Assembly: GCA_964016885.1 (NCBI GenBank)
Contig: OZ024759.1
Location: 27,466,001-27,530,000 of the forward strand
Direction of reading: 5' to 3'
DNA from: Eledone cirrhosa
Lineage: Eukaryota
DNA: 64,000 nt
In this document: piece after piece, positions 51,770 to 64,000 of the stretch
Layout of the letters: each line of letters opens with the position of its first letter
How positions within the stretch are numbered: position 1 is the stretch's first letter
Program-made: the position numbers and the translations under genes
The notes under the pieces: generated by a model
The model's database searches: none
What the model saw: only the letters and a program-made list of their open reading frames with translations
What the model was told of the DNA's origin: nothing

Positions 51770-53880
51770 AATTCTTTCTACTTTTGGCACAAGGCCAGTA
51801 ATTTGAAGGGAATAGGGAGGAAAGATGATTTAATCAACATCAGTGCATTACTGGTACTTCATTTTATTAGCCCTATACGGATGACAGACAAAGGTAGGGA
51901 CAATAGATAAATGTAAGCAAACAGTGAGATAGGTCTCATCTATTTACAGTTGGAATTCTTAAATGTAATCACAAATTCTATTCTGATAATTTCTTCCCTT
52001 GGACATCTTGGTTATGGAATTCTCTTCTTGCCATGAACTGGAATTTGCAAAAATTTAAAAGCAACATCAATTGTCATCTTCTCTCTCTTTCTCTCTCCTG
52101 AAATTATGGTCTCTCTGTCTTGTCCTTCTCCCTTTTCCAGTAACCCCCTTGCATGTTAGTGGCTTTATTGCCTTACTTGGAGTGAATAAAAAAAAAGAAG
52201 TATGAGGTGAGATATGAGATCAATCTAGGGAGGTAAAAAAAAAACCCAAAATAAAAAAAATAAAAAAATAATTGTTTCTACTTTTGGCACAAGGCCAGTA
52301 ATTATCCCAGTGTATTACTGGTACTTTATTTTATCGACCCTGTAAGGATGAAAGGCAAAGTTAACCTCGGCGGAGTTTGAACTCAGACCATAATGGGCCG
52401 TAACTCTTTTCCGCAAAGCTTGGCGTCCAGCCCTCTACCGATACTGCCAATCCACCACCCTTTCAAAATAATAATAATAATGAAATTATTGTGTACAGTG
52501 CTCAGGTGCACTACAACTCATCAACAGTGCATGTATAGTACATAGAATAATGTACAAATGTCAGGAAAATGAACAGTACACGAGTCATGAAATACATGTG
52601 TATGTGTGTATGGAGGGGAGGGGGGACATCAGGTGTAGTGTTGGCGAATCTCAGGAAGCATGGAGGTTTTAAAGGATGCAGTGTCTCGACAGATAACAAC
52701 TGATGCAGGTAGTGGCTTTATTGCCTTGCTTGGGGTAAATAATAAAAAAAAAGTATGAGGTGAGATATGAGATCAATCTAGAGAGGTATAACCCCCCCCC
52801 CCCCCAAATAAGAATAAAAAAAATAATAATGGTTCTGATTTAAGCACAGGGCCAACAATTTGGCGGGGAGGGGAAAGTAAATTAAATTGACCCCAATTCA
52901 TTTCTGGTACTTTATTTTATCGATCCCATAAGGTTGAAAGGCAAAACTAGCCTCGGCGGGATTTGAACTCAGAATATAAAGGGACGTAACTTTATGCTGC
53001 AAAGCATGTTGTCTGATGTTCTACCAACCCACTGCTCTCATAATAACAATAACAAAGGGGTTAATTATAATTGTTTCTACTTTTGGCACAAGGCCAGCAA
53101 TTACCCCAGTGCATTACTGGTACGTTATTTTATCGACCCCGAAAGGTTGAAAGACAAAGTTAACCTCGGCAGGATTTGAACCCAGACCGTAAAGGGCCGT
53201 AACTCTATGCTGCTAAGCATGGCGTCTGACCTTCCACCGAGATGACAATTGATGTTGCTTTCAAAATAATAATAATGGTTTCTGATTTTAGACACAAGGC
53301 CAGCAATTTTATGGGGAGGGGGCTAGTCGATTAAATCGACCCCAATGCATTACTGGTACTTTATTTTATCGACCCTGGAAAGACAAAAAGCAAAGCTAAC
53401 CTCAGCAGGATTTGAACTCAGAACATAAAGGGTTCTAACTCTAATGCTGTGAAGCATGTTGTCCCACACTCTACTAATACTCTCAATCCACTGCCCTTAA
53501 CCCTTTAGCATTTAAACCGGCTGTATCCAGCCAGAATTCTCTCACCTCTATCTGTTTAAACCAGGTGTAATTGGCCACTCATGCTGATGTTAAGGTATTG
53601 CTCTCAAAATAAATAATATCAAAATCTCATAGATTCAATATTTTGTGAGATAATTATATGAGGTAAAGTGTTTACCGTGAAAATATAATTGTTTCTACTT
53701 TTGGCACAAGGCCAACAATTACCCAGTGCATTACTGGTACTTTATTTTACCGTGAAAATATAATAGTATATATAGAGTAATGTAAATGCTAAAGGGTTAA
53801 TAATAATAATAATAACATAAAGGGCCGTAACTCTAATGCTGCTAAGCATGTTGTCGGACGCTCTACCAATTCACTGCCCT
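51770..53880 (-). mobile_element. Cluster of about 7 same-orientation family-1 SINE copies and fragments
   Basis: Repeated TTGGCACAAGGCCAG...CTGGTACTTTATTTTATCGACCC...GGATTTGAACTCAGA blocks. Confidence 0.85.
53501..53796. mobile_element. piggyBac-type MITE, same family in reverse orientation, with a nested SINE 3' fragment
   Basis: TTAA|CCCTTTAGCATTTA ... TAAATGCTAAAGGG|TTAA. The internal SINE piece is flanked by the direct repeat TTTACCGTGAAAATATAAT. Confidence 0.85.
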
Positions 53881-55515
53881 ACTGTAAAATATCTTAGATG
53901 TGAATGAACTAATTAGAAGAAGCAAGATTATCTACAGGACCACTCATTAATTATATAAACAATGAGTAGATATAAACTAGGCTTGATGGGGAGGTAGTGG
54001 TATGGGTGGGGGGGGGGGACATACAGATAAGGGTGGGGTAATGAGGGAGGTGAGGAAATAGGTAGGTAGCGAGGTAGGTAGGTAGGTAGATAGGTAGGTA
54101 GGGAGGTAGAGAGGTTAGTAGGTAAGGAGGGAGGTAGAGAGGTAGGTAAGGAAATAGGTAGGTAGGTAGGGAGGGAGGTAGAGAGGTAGGTAAGGAAATA
54201 GGTAGGTAGGGAGGGAAGTAGATAGGTCGGTAGGTGGGTAGGTAAGGAAGGGACAAAGGAATATGGGTTGGTAGGTAAGTAGAGAGGTAGGGACAAAGGT
54301 ATGTGGGTGGGCAGGTGAGTAGAGAGGTAGTGAGACGTGGTGTTGAGGTAGATATGGTAGTTAAGGGTGGGTCACCCTGGAAAGATGAGATGAAGTATTG
54401 AGGTAGATATGGTAGTTAAGGGTAGATGAGGTGTTGAGGTAAATATGGTGGTTAAGGGTATGTCACCCTGGAAAGATGAGATGAGGTGTTGAGGTAAATA
54501 TGGTGGTTAAGGGTGGGTTACCCTGGAAAGTAGATTTTAAAAAAATTATATAAAATAAAATAAAATAAAGGAAAGAAGAAGAAAGTTTGTGATAAGAAGG
54601 AGAAAGGAAGTTCTGAGAAAGTGGATTGTAATGGAAACTTGAGAATAGAGACTGTTTAACTAGAGATAGGGTGGGGAGAGGATGGTGGTGGGGATGTGTG
54701 TGGGGGGGATATATGTGAGGGGGGAGGGGTCGGTGGCGGTGGGGAGGGATATGGGGGAGGTGGGGTAGGAGATATGTGTCGGGGGGGGTGTAGGGTGGTG
54801 GGATATATGTGAGGAGGTGATGGTGGTTGTAGGGTGGGCTTGTGGGAGCCGGTGGTGGTGGTATGGTGGAAGATATGGTAGGAGAGTGGGCCGGGAGATA
54901 GGAGCGGTGGGGTGGTGGATAGGGGAGGAGTGAAAGTGGCGGTGTGGGCAGAGGGGGAGAAAGAGGAAGAGGTTAGGGAGATAGATAAAGAGAGGAGAGA
55001 AGATAGAAGAGCAGGGGTGGGGCGGAGATTGATGAGGGCAGGAAGAGGGGAGATAACCGAGGAAGAGGGGAGAAGATAGCAGGGGAAAAGGAAGGGGTAG
55101 ATAGAAAAGGGGGTGAAAAGACAGAAGAGAAGAGGAGAAGAAAGAGGGGGGGAGAAGAGAGATGAGGAGGGGAGAAGATAAAAGTGAGAAAACAAGAAGA
55201 GGTGAGAAGATAGCAAAACGGGTGGATGGACGAGAGAGTGGTGGTGGAGAAAGGGAGGAGAGAAAGACAAGCGGAGGGAGGGAGAAGTGGATGTAGAAAG
55301 AGAGATGAGAAAAAGAAGGAAAAAAAAAGAAGAAAAACATGAGTGTAAGAAAAGAGAAGATGAAAAAGAGAAGAAAGCATGTCCCAGGAGGAATAAGTGA
55401 AACAAGGGAAAAGACAAAAGAACGAAGGAAGCCGATATAAGGAACAGAAAAGCAGAACTACCAGACAAGATTAGACTGGAGATGATATAATTTGGGAGAT
55501 GTCATATATATATAC

Positions 55516-55578
<63 letters not shown>

Positions 55579-55767
55579 ATATTTATTTTTATTTTCCTCC
55601 GTTAACTCTCTCTCGGAGTCCTCCCACACACACACACACTCTCCTGATGAAGGACTTATGTCCGAAACGTCGTAAACAATATCCGCCCCCACTCTCACCA
55701 AGCGTGAAGCTCATAACACCATGTACCATTTACTCCTGCGTTTGTTTGTTTATTTGTTATTTCGAAC

Positions 55768-55798
<31 letters not shown>

Positions 55799-56150
55799 TT
55801 TTTTGAAATTCCATGTGTCTAACACACGTGGGCATGCCTACAAAGTCAGAAAACAACACAGTTCATTGTTCTCCTAAACACAACCACACGCGTTTTGAAG
55901 GTGGGGTAATAATGACAATTTACCGATTTGGCTGCTATTTCTAGTAAACGGTCCCGTCGATTATTTCTGTTTTATTTCCATTTACCATATAAGCATTATA
56001 TATAATTGTTTCTACTTTTGCCACAAGGCCAGCAATTACTCAGTGCATTACTGGTACTTTATTTTATCGACCCCGTAAGGATGAAAGGCAAAGTTAACCT
56101 CGGCGGGATTTAAACTCAGAATGGCAAGGGCCGTAACTCTACGCGTCAAA

Positions 56151-56197
<47 letters not shown>

Positions 56198-56591
56198 GTG
56201 TCTGTGTGTAATGACTGAATATGTATGTGTGTATGTATATATATATATATGTGTGTGTGTGTGTCTATATATAATGACCGTGATAAACTAGAGAAAGACA
56301 ACATCCGCATGGAAAATAATTGGTAAAATAAGCACGAACACACAGTAAATGTGGCGAAAAAAAGGAAACTTTTAATTAATAAAGATTACCCGGCCTTGAA
56401 GGAGCGCCATCTAGTAATCACATCTGCCTACGACATGTTGGTGGGTTGTTCATGTTGTTGTTGTTGTTGATTAGCTCTAGGTCGAGTGGTAGTAGTAATG
56501 GTGGTGGTGGCGGTGGTGAGGCTAGTTGATTGAAACATCAAACCAATGATCAAATCTATTCCAACGGTGACCACTTCGTCTAATTTGTTCC

Positions 56592-56783
56592 CAGTGTCGG
56601 ATTTACCAATGTGCTTAGGTGTGCTTAATCACAGGACCCCGTTGATCAGGGATAGTGGGGGTGTGGTGGGGGCATCTTCCTGGCCTGAAGATTTTTGACG
56701 ATGAATTATCTCCTTCGGGGACCAAATAAGGGGCTTCATAACTTAACTAGTACAGGGCCTCATTTGTCCGAAATCCGACACTG
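56592..56783. mobile_element. hAT-type MITE
   Basis: TIR CAGTGTCGGATTT / AAATCCGACACTG with a perfect 8-bp TSD TTTGTTCC. Confidence 0.88.
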
Positions 56784-57058
56784 TTTGTTCCATCCCAGGA
56801 AATTTAATGAGCAAGGCCAGTATTAGAACGGCTCTTCCACTATACAGTGGTGGCCATAACTGGACCCCCACGAAACCTAAGGTCGCACATTCATGTTTAA
56901 AGACTATGAAATTATAATATAAAGTGAATAAGCTCTCTTCTGCAAAGAGAAATTTGGCAAGGTCAATAGGACCCCTTACCTCACATCCAGTGGAAGACGT
57001 GTTTCATGGCTCTTCCCCTCCACGACCACCTCTCGGGAAGAAGAAAAAGAAAAAGAAA

Positions 57059-57089
<31 letters not shown>

Positions 57090-57624
57090 GAAAAAGAAAA
57101 AGAAGAAGAAGAAGAAGGATTGTTTTGGGTTTGGGATCCTAGAGGTCTCCTCAAAAAATTCATGTGGGCTGTGAATTTTTTTTTTTTTTTTTCTGGGATG
57201 GTCTTGACATATTGACGGGCCCTTCCTTGACACTCGGGGAACCCTGATTGACATACCAGCTGAGCACCCTATTTTATAAAGCCTGTCTAATAAATATATC
57301 GTAAAAAAAAAAGGGGGGGGGGGCGGGTATGTTACTTTCAACAGGCATGTTGTTATTGCTCCGACCCGATATGCCTTGATTGAATAGACTTTGATTTTTT
57401 TTAAAAAGCGCTCCATTGTTGACCACCCCGTCTTTAATTCCGATGTATGTATGTATGTATATGTGTGTATGTATGTATGTATGTATGTATGGATGGATGG
57501 ACCCGTAACCCCTGTTGGAATAGTAAGGGAACCCCAGTGACATAGAGCGTGTCTAAGTCATTTTGAACCTGGCAGAGGAGTTAATTCCCCCTCCTGATCT
57601 GAACGCGGCCGCTTTCTTCTTCTT

Positions 57625-57662
<38 letters not shown>

Positions 57663-57743
57663 AAAGTTTTATTTAAAATTGTTGGGTTACAACAAGTAAA
57701 TATTTTATAACTGATATAAAGCACTCGACAAGTTTTGGAGTAG

Positions 57744-57992
57744 ATATACGATATTAAACAAATGGAAACTATATTTATAAAACCATATTTATTTCATTAT
57801 ACATATTTCGGGGATACCATATTAAAAATATGGCATGCCTTCTTCAGATAAAATACAATATATAAACAGTTTATATATTGTATTTTATCTGAAGAAGGCA
57901 TGCCATATTTTTAATATGGTATCCCCGAAATATGTATAATGAAAAAAATATGGTTTTATAAATATAGCTTCCATTTGTTTAATATCGTATAT
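57744..57992. repeat. Near-perfect 249-bp palindrome centred on 57868
   Basis: Arms are reverse complements around AAAC-A-GTTT with only a few mismatches. Confidence 0.95.
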
Positions 57993-58315
57993 ATATATAT
58001 ATATATTTTATTCTTTCTCTTAGACTTCAGGTATTTTTTGAAAGCTAAACATTGGCCCCTGCAATGCTACCGTGGGACCTCTGGGGCCCACTTGCCATTG
58101 GACAACCTGGCCAGTCCGCCACTGTACTCTACTATGTATTGAGTACCTTACTTACTGTGGTTACCCCTGATTGAACCCGAAACACACACACATTTTATAT
58201 ATATAGGAAAACGCTTAACCCCGACGGCAGAACTCAAGCCGTTTTATTAGTCTCCAAATTCCAGATCCATCTCACCGTTTTCCTCAGAAACAATGTATAT
58301 ATGTATCGCTCTCTC

Positions 58316-58396
<81 letters not shown>

Positions 58397-58745
58397 TGTT
58401 TCTGAGGAAGACGGTGAGATGGATTTGGAATTTGGAGACTAATAATATGTGGTTGCATAATTATATATCATATATATATGAAGGTAGAGATGACGAGGTG
58501 GTATTAAAGAGAGAGATAACAACCCAAGATGGAGGGGTGGGGGAGAACACAGGAGGAAAAGGAAGGTTGGAAAGATAGAGAGATATATGTAACAGGGGCA
58601 AAGATGATGACGTAGTATTAGAGAGGAAGGGAGTGATAATGACATAGGAGAGGGAGAGGAGAAGGAAAGAAAGCGAACAACACAAACTATAACTATAAAA
58701 GATGATGAGGAGGTATGCGAGAGAGAGAGAGAGAATGACACAGAA

Positions 58746-58782
<37 letters not shown>

Positions 58783-59079
58783 ACAGAAGGGTGAGAAAGA
58801 AAAAGTAAAACAGAGAGAGAGAGAGTGAAAAGGAGGCAGGATGAGAAGTTAGATCGAAAGTTAGAGAAAACTGAAAAACTTTTTACAAGTGTCCCGTCTC
58901 GTTCAAACAGCATCAGCTCTTTATAACACACACATACACATATATTATATATACACACACACACACATATTATATATACACACACACACACATATTATAT
59001 ATACACACACACACACACATATTATATATACACACACACACACATATTATATATACACACACACACACATATTATATAT

Positions 59080-59121
<42 letters not shown>

Positions 59122-59350
59122 CATAAACACTAATATACATCATAAACACTAATATATATATATATTATATATACGCACATCACACATAATATATATATAT
59201 ATATATATATATACTTCGTTTTTGAATTTGTTTTGCAAGATTTCTTATCTGAAAAAAAAACGTGTGTTGAAACATATTGTTATAATTTGGAATTTGGGAG
59301 GGTCGTTGAAACGGGGTGAGCTCAGCCGTCGGGCATTAGCTTTTAACTCT

Positions 59351-59381
<31 letters not shown>

Positions 59382-59691
59382 CATACATATACACACACAC
59401 ACCCTTATAAATATCACGGAATGTTGTGAATAACACAGCAACAACTTGTGTCCTCATTATATAAAATCAGAACAATTTGTGATTAGTTAAAAAACGGAAA
59501 AAATCTCCAACTTTCAAACATCACATTATCAATATTAACATTAATAAGAGTGGTAGTAGTTAATAATTGCATTTTTTAAATATTATTTATTGTTTAGTGG
59601 GGAGGGGGTTATTTATTTATTTATTTATTCTGGGGGAGTTGGTGAGGGAAAGGACACGTGACTATTGGCGTTACAGTGCGAGATATCAACA

Positions 59692-59796
59692 ATGACAACG
59701 GGAAGGAGCGGCAGGAATCATAACAAGGCCAACAGTGTTGGAAACAGCATGGCTACCTCAGGCATCACTATAGGACAGGAGGTTGTTATTTACGAG
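59692..59796 (+). CDS. Candidate first coding exon of an unidentified gene (MTTGRSG...MATSGITIGQEVVIYE; second ATG at 59749)
   Basis: Unique CpG-containing sequence preceded by CACGTGAC (59655) and ATTGG (59664). Open frame ends at a good donor GAG|GTATGT, phase 0. No downstream exon recognised in the window. Confidence 0.45.
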
Positions 59797-61001
59797 GTAT
59801 GTAGGACATTTATTATCATTATCGTTATTATTATTATTATTGTCCTTGTTGTTGTTGTTGTTGTTGTTTCTTTCCTGGAGTATCTTCTTCTTCTTATTAT
59901 TGTTGTTGATTTCACAAATTAACCCTATTCACGCCTTCTTTTGCCTTGCCTTGCCTGGTCTGGCCTTGCCCTCGATCCCATCCGATCCTCTGTTAGACAT
60001 CAAATATAAAGCTGTTTCTAAATCCATGTGCTGTCATGTCATGTCATGTAAAAATTATAATTCCATTCACATCTACAAATGCCTTACTAGAAAGAAAACA
60101 TTAAATTGACCCCCTACCCTCAATATTTAACTGGATCTGCTTTATTTTATATACAACCCCTGAAAGGGAACGAATGAAAGACTAAAGACTAAAATCAAAA
60201 TTAACTGATCTGTACTGGATTTGAACTCGGGACGTAAGAGATCCGAAATTAAATACGTACCATTAAATAAAGACATTTCTTTTATCCAATGATTCTGCCA
60301 AACCCTTGTCTTAACTTCACTTAATATCCTCGGACGAGGAAAAGGCATGAAAGCCACAAGGATCCATATTTTCCCTCCCTCGCTGTCGTCGTCAACATTA
60401 AAGTGTTGAGTTCAAGAAATGACCACCGTGTTTATCAGCTCCGCCCCTTAAAATATTTTAGTTGTAAATAATACTGGTGTATCAAGTTTGTTTTTCTCTT
60501 TCCCTGCGGGGTCGATAATATCAAGTGCCCGAACAAACACCGGAAGAGATCGATTTAATCGATCGAGTTGTTGTTCTCTCTCTGTGTCCTCTCCTCTCCC
60601 ACCATACCTCACCGCCCCAACACCACCACCACCTCTTTTGCCATTGATCTTCTCTGGATCGATAAAACTCAAGGCACCAAATCAAAAATAGTGATCGCTA
60701 TGCTATGTTCAATAAAATCAAATTAATATTTATCATCGTTGATCTGTGTGTGGCAATTCTCAGGTTTTGAGAGGGGCACACGAGTTAGTTTTCTAAGAAA
60801 AACTGGATCTCATGTCTCGGGGAAGGGGGGGGGGGTGTTATTTAACCCCTCCTTTCAATTGTTGGAAATTCATTTATGTTACTATAAGTGAAATGTCACG
60901 TTCGCCACCTCCTTCTTCCTCTCCACTCCATTACTAAAACAAAACTCTGAAAGTTATCGTTTAAGAAGAAATCCTTTTATAAACCTCTCTCTCTCTGCGT
61001 G

Positions 61002-61051
<50 letters not shown>

Positions 61052-61168
61052 CATAGGTTTACCTTTTGAGAAGCTCAGGCTGTTTTTGTCACTATATTCC
61101 ACAGTGAAATGTACATTACTGATTTTAATAAACCAAAACCAAATGAACATTGCCTCGGATTTTTATTG

Positions 61169-61254
<86 letters not shown>

Positions 61255-61319
61255 TGGGGGGGGGGGGAGCGGGTTTATTGAGAAGCACAAAAATCAAACA
61301 TATTTATGTTTTAATTCTT

Positions 61320-61391
<72 letters not shown>

Positions 61392-62034
61392 CCATTTGTA
61401 TATATAATCGGTGGATTCCCGATGTATATCGGGAGGTAGGTGATCACAGTCTAAAAAAATAAAAGTACTCAATACGTTAGGAGTATAGGCATCTTTATTT
61501 ATTATAGAGAACTCACTTCTGCAGGATTAGAACTGTTTCATTCGTAATAAATCATCAGGAAATCTCTGATGATTTCTTACGAATGAAACAGTTCTTGGCC
61601 TGTAGAAGTCGTTTCAATAAGAATAATAATTGTTTCTACTTTTGGCACAAGGCCAGCAATTTTGGGAGAGGGTAAAGTCGATTAAAACGACCCCAGTGTA
61701 TTACTGGTACTTTATTTTATCGACCTCGTCAGGATGAAAGGCAAGCCTTATCCCCGGCAACAAAATTTATATATATGTGTGTGTTGTTCATAATTGCTTT
61801 TCTAAACTAGTTGATATGTTTCTCTGCCCTTGGGGGAAGGGGTATGATGTGTCAACACTATCCCCCACCTCAGTCCACTCCCCGAAGGCAGGGCGCGGAT
61901 GTCTCTTGTATTTTGTTGATGGTGGTGGTGGTGTGTGTTGTTTTCTAGTTGTTTGTGTGTGTGTGTGTGTGTGTCCTGGTCTTGTATGTTCCAGGGCAAA
62001 TTCATATGGGGTCAGACTTATTATCTATCACTAG

Positions 62035-62605
62035 CCTTCCAATCGTGACCAACCCATCTATTTTTAATTCGTTCAATGTATCTAGGAGATACTGCTTTGT
62101 TGAGTGTGTCTCAAATTTAAGTAAACTTATTATTATTAAAAGCGTTCCATTTATGACCAACCCATCTGTTTAAATGTATCAAAGAGAGGACTGCTTTGTC
62201 GGGTGTGTGTCAAACTTTAATTTAAGCAGACTTAATATTAAAAGCGTTCCATTTATGACCAACCCATCTGTTTAAATGTATCAAAGAGAGGACTGCTTTG
62301 TCGGGTGTGTCAAACTTTAATTTAAGCAGACTTAATATTAAAAGCGTTCAATTTATGACCAATCCATCTGTTTAAATGTATCTAAGAGAGGACTGCTTTG
62401 TCGGGTGTGTGTGTATGTGTGTCAAACTCTAATTAGAGCAAACTTGTTAATATTAAAAGCGTTCCATCTATGACCAACCCATCTGTTTATAAATTCTGTT
62501 AATGTATCTAAGAGGGATTAATTTGTCGTGTATATGTGTGTCTCAAACTTTGATTTAAGCAGACTTATTACTAAAAGCGTTCCATTTATGACCAACCCAT
62601 CTTTA
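62035..62605. repeat. About 100-120-bp tandem repeat, 5-6 units
   Basis: AAAAGCGTTCCATTTATGACCAACCCATCTGTTTAAATGTATC...GACTGCTTTGTCGGGTGTG repeated. Confidence 0.9.
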
Positions 62606-63542
62606 AAATAAATACAGTCCATGTATCTAACAAAGAAAGGCGACCATGTGGAGTATGTCTTATTTTAATTTAATTTTTAAAATCATAGTTTATAGGGTGT
62701 GATTTTAAAGGGGACAAACACGATAGCTACTTCTAACATCATATACAACAGACTGAGTGCTTTCTGGGCCCCATGTGTGTGTGTTGATGTATGTGTTGGT
62801 ATTTGTATGTGTGTGTTAGTATATGTCTGTATGTCTGTTAATGTATGTATGTATATATATATGTGTATATACATATATATGTGTATATACATATGTGTGT
62901 GTATATATATATATATATATATACACATATATATATATATATACGTGTATGTGTGGGTGTGCTTGGTTGCGTGTGTATGTGCACTTATCTTTAATTTACC
63001 TTGTTCGTAGCTCATTTCTATCACAAGTTTTATGTTTGTCTGACCTACTGGTACTGTGTCAACATTGCCCCAGAACCACCACACAGTCCCCCTCACCAAA
63101 TACAGGGTGGGGGCGGGGGGCTCTTGTATTTTGACTGTTGTTTAGTAGTGTGTGTATAGATATATATTATCATCATCGTTTAACGTCTATCTTCCACGCT
63201 AGCATGGGTTAGACGGGAGTTGTCCCACTTGAGGCAAGATTGATCGGGTGACCGTGTCTCGCTCGTATCTGGCAGGTTTTCTACGGCTGGATGCTTCTTC
63301 CTAACACCAACCACATTTATAGTGTGGACTGGGAGCTTGTTACCTACACGACCATATTACAGCGTGGACTGTGATTTTTTTTTTTTAGTCGTGACACCTA
63401 CACGACCTCTTTAGTTAGGACTGGATGTTGTGGTACCAACATAACTATATATATCTATATCTATATATACTTTATTTTTCCCTTCATTTCGTGTTCTTCT
63501 TGTGAACTTCCCTCCTTACTCCCTCTCGGAGTTCCTCACAAC

Positions 63543-63578
63543 TTTCCTGATGAAGGACTTAAATCTGAAACGTCGAAA
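63543..63578 (+). ncRNA. Minimal hammerhead motif (related copy at 55644-55672)
   Basis: UUUC-CUGAUGA-A-GGAC(UUAA)AUCU-GAAACGU-C/GAAA. The 55.6 kb copy has a perfect GGAC/GUCC stem II but a poor stem I. Confidence 0.55.
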
Positions 63579-63685
63579 CCTCCCTTACTCTCAGCTAGCA
63601 TGAACCTAATACAACTATGTACAATTGACTCCTGCGTTTGTTTGTTTGGACTTTTGAACTTTATATATATATATATATATATATA

Positions 63686-64000
63686 CATGGTGCGGACGAT
63701 ATTTGTTCGCAAGATTACTGTCTAGGAAGAAGTAATACAGTAGTTATATTTTTTAAGATATATTTATCAAACTTGGGTCAGTTTGTCTTCATGACTTGTT
63801 CTTTCGATCTCACTCGATAAACCCGCCATTGGCTTTGATGACGGCCTTGTGATCCTAGCCTTCAGATCGTCTTTCGTAATGCAGCTAGATCTCTTGGTGT
63901 CTCGTTCCACTGCGCCCCACACAAAGAAGTCGAGGGGGTTTCAGTCAGGCAAGCTGGGAGGCCAGATGTCAGATGAAGTGTGGTCGACGAAGTTCTCTGA
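63686..64000 (-). mobile_element. Third maT copy (3' end; runs off the window)
   Basis: Same TIR and transposase 3' sequence as 19578-19960, starting in a (TA)n tract. Confidence 0.9.

Noticed and set aside
53928-55468. Ser/Leu/Pro/Phe-rich ORFs of up to 270 aa
   Set aside because: Purine-rich low-complexity tract ((AGGT)n, GA-rich); no coding signature.
62999-63099. Possible minus-strand exon ending CAAG|GTAAAT
   Set aside because: No recognisable protein, no convincing acceptor and no partner exons.

Overview
Eukaryotic, AT-rich, microsatellite-saturated genomic DNA. It is most consistent with an octopod cephalopod, inferred from the SINE/LINE families, the (TA)n/(CA)n load and a (TTAGGG)n tract; the window alone does not prove this. 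Supported genes: the first coding exon of an SLC49A3/MFSD7-like MFS transporter (minus strand, continues off the left edge), head-to-head with a 5-coding-exon LRRIQ3 (plus, about 650-663 aa); an intronless YPEL5 CDS (minus); and a candidate first exon of an unidentified gene near 59.7 kb. The remainder is repeats: three deleted DD37D (maT) Tc1/mariner copies, piggyBac- and hAT-type MITEs, RTE and CR1 LINE fragments, three SINE-like families, and tandem arrays built from TE pieces (a 97-bp satellite from RTE ORF2; 47-48-bp minisatellites from a SINE). The most striking unannotated signal is about ten type I hammerhead-ribozyme motifs from several small element families. Many sit in fold-back palindromes within (TA)n tracts. 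One (49723-49781, minus) has the full core and a 10-bp stem I. Most ORFs in the supplied track are artefacts of simple repeats. All coordinates were read by eye, and repeat boundaries may be off by a few bases.
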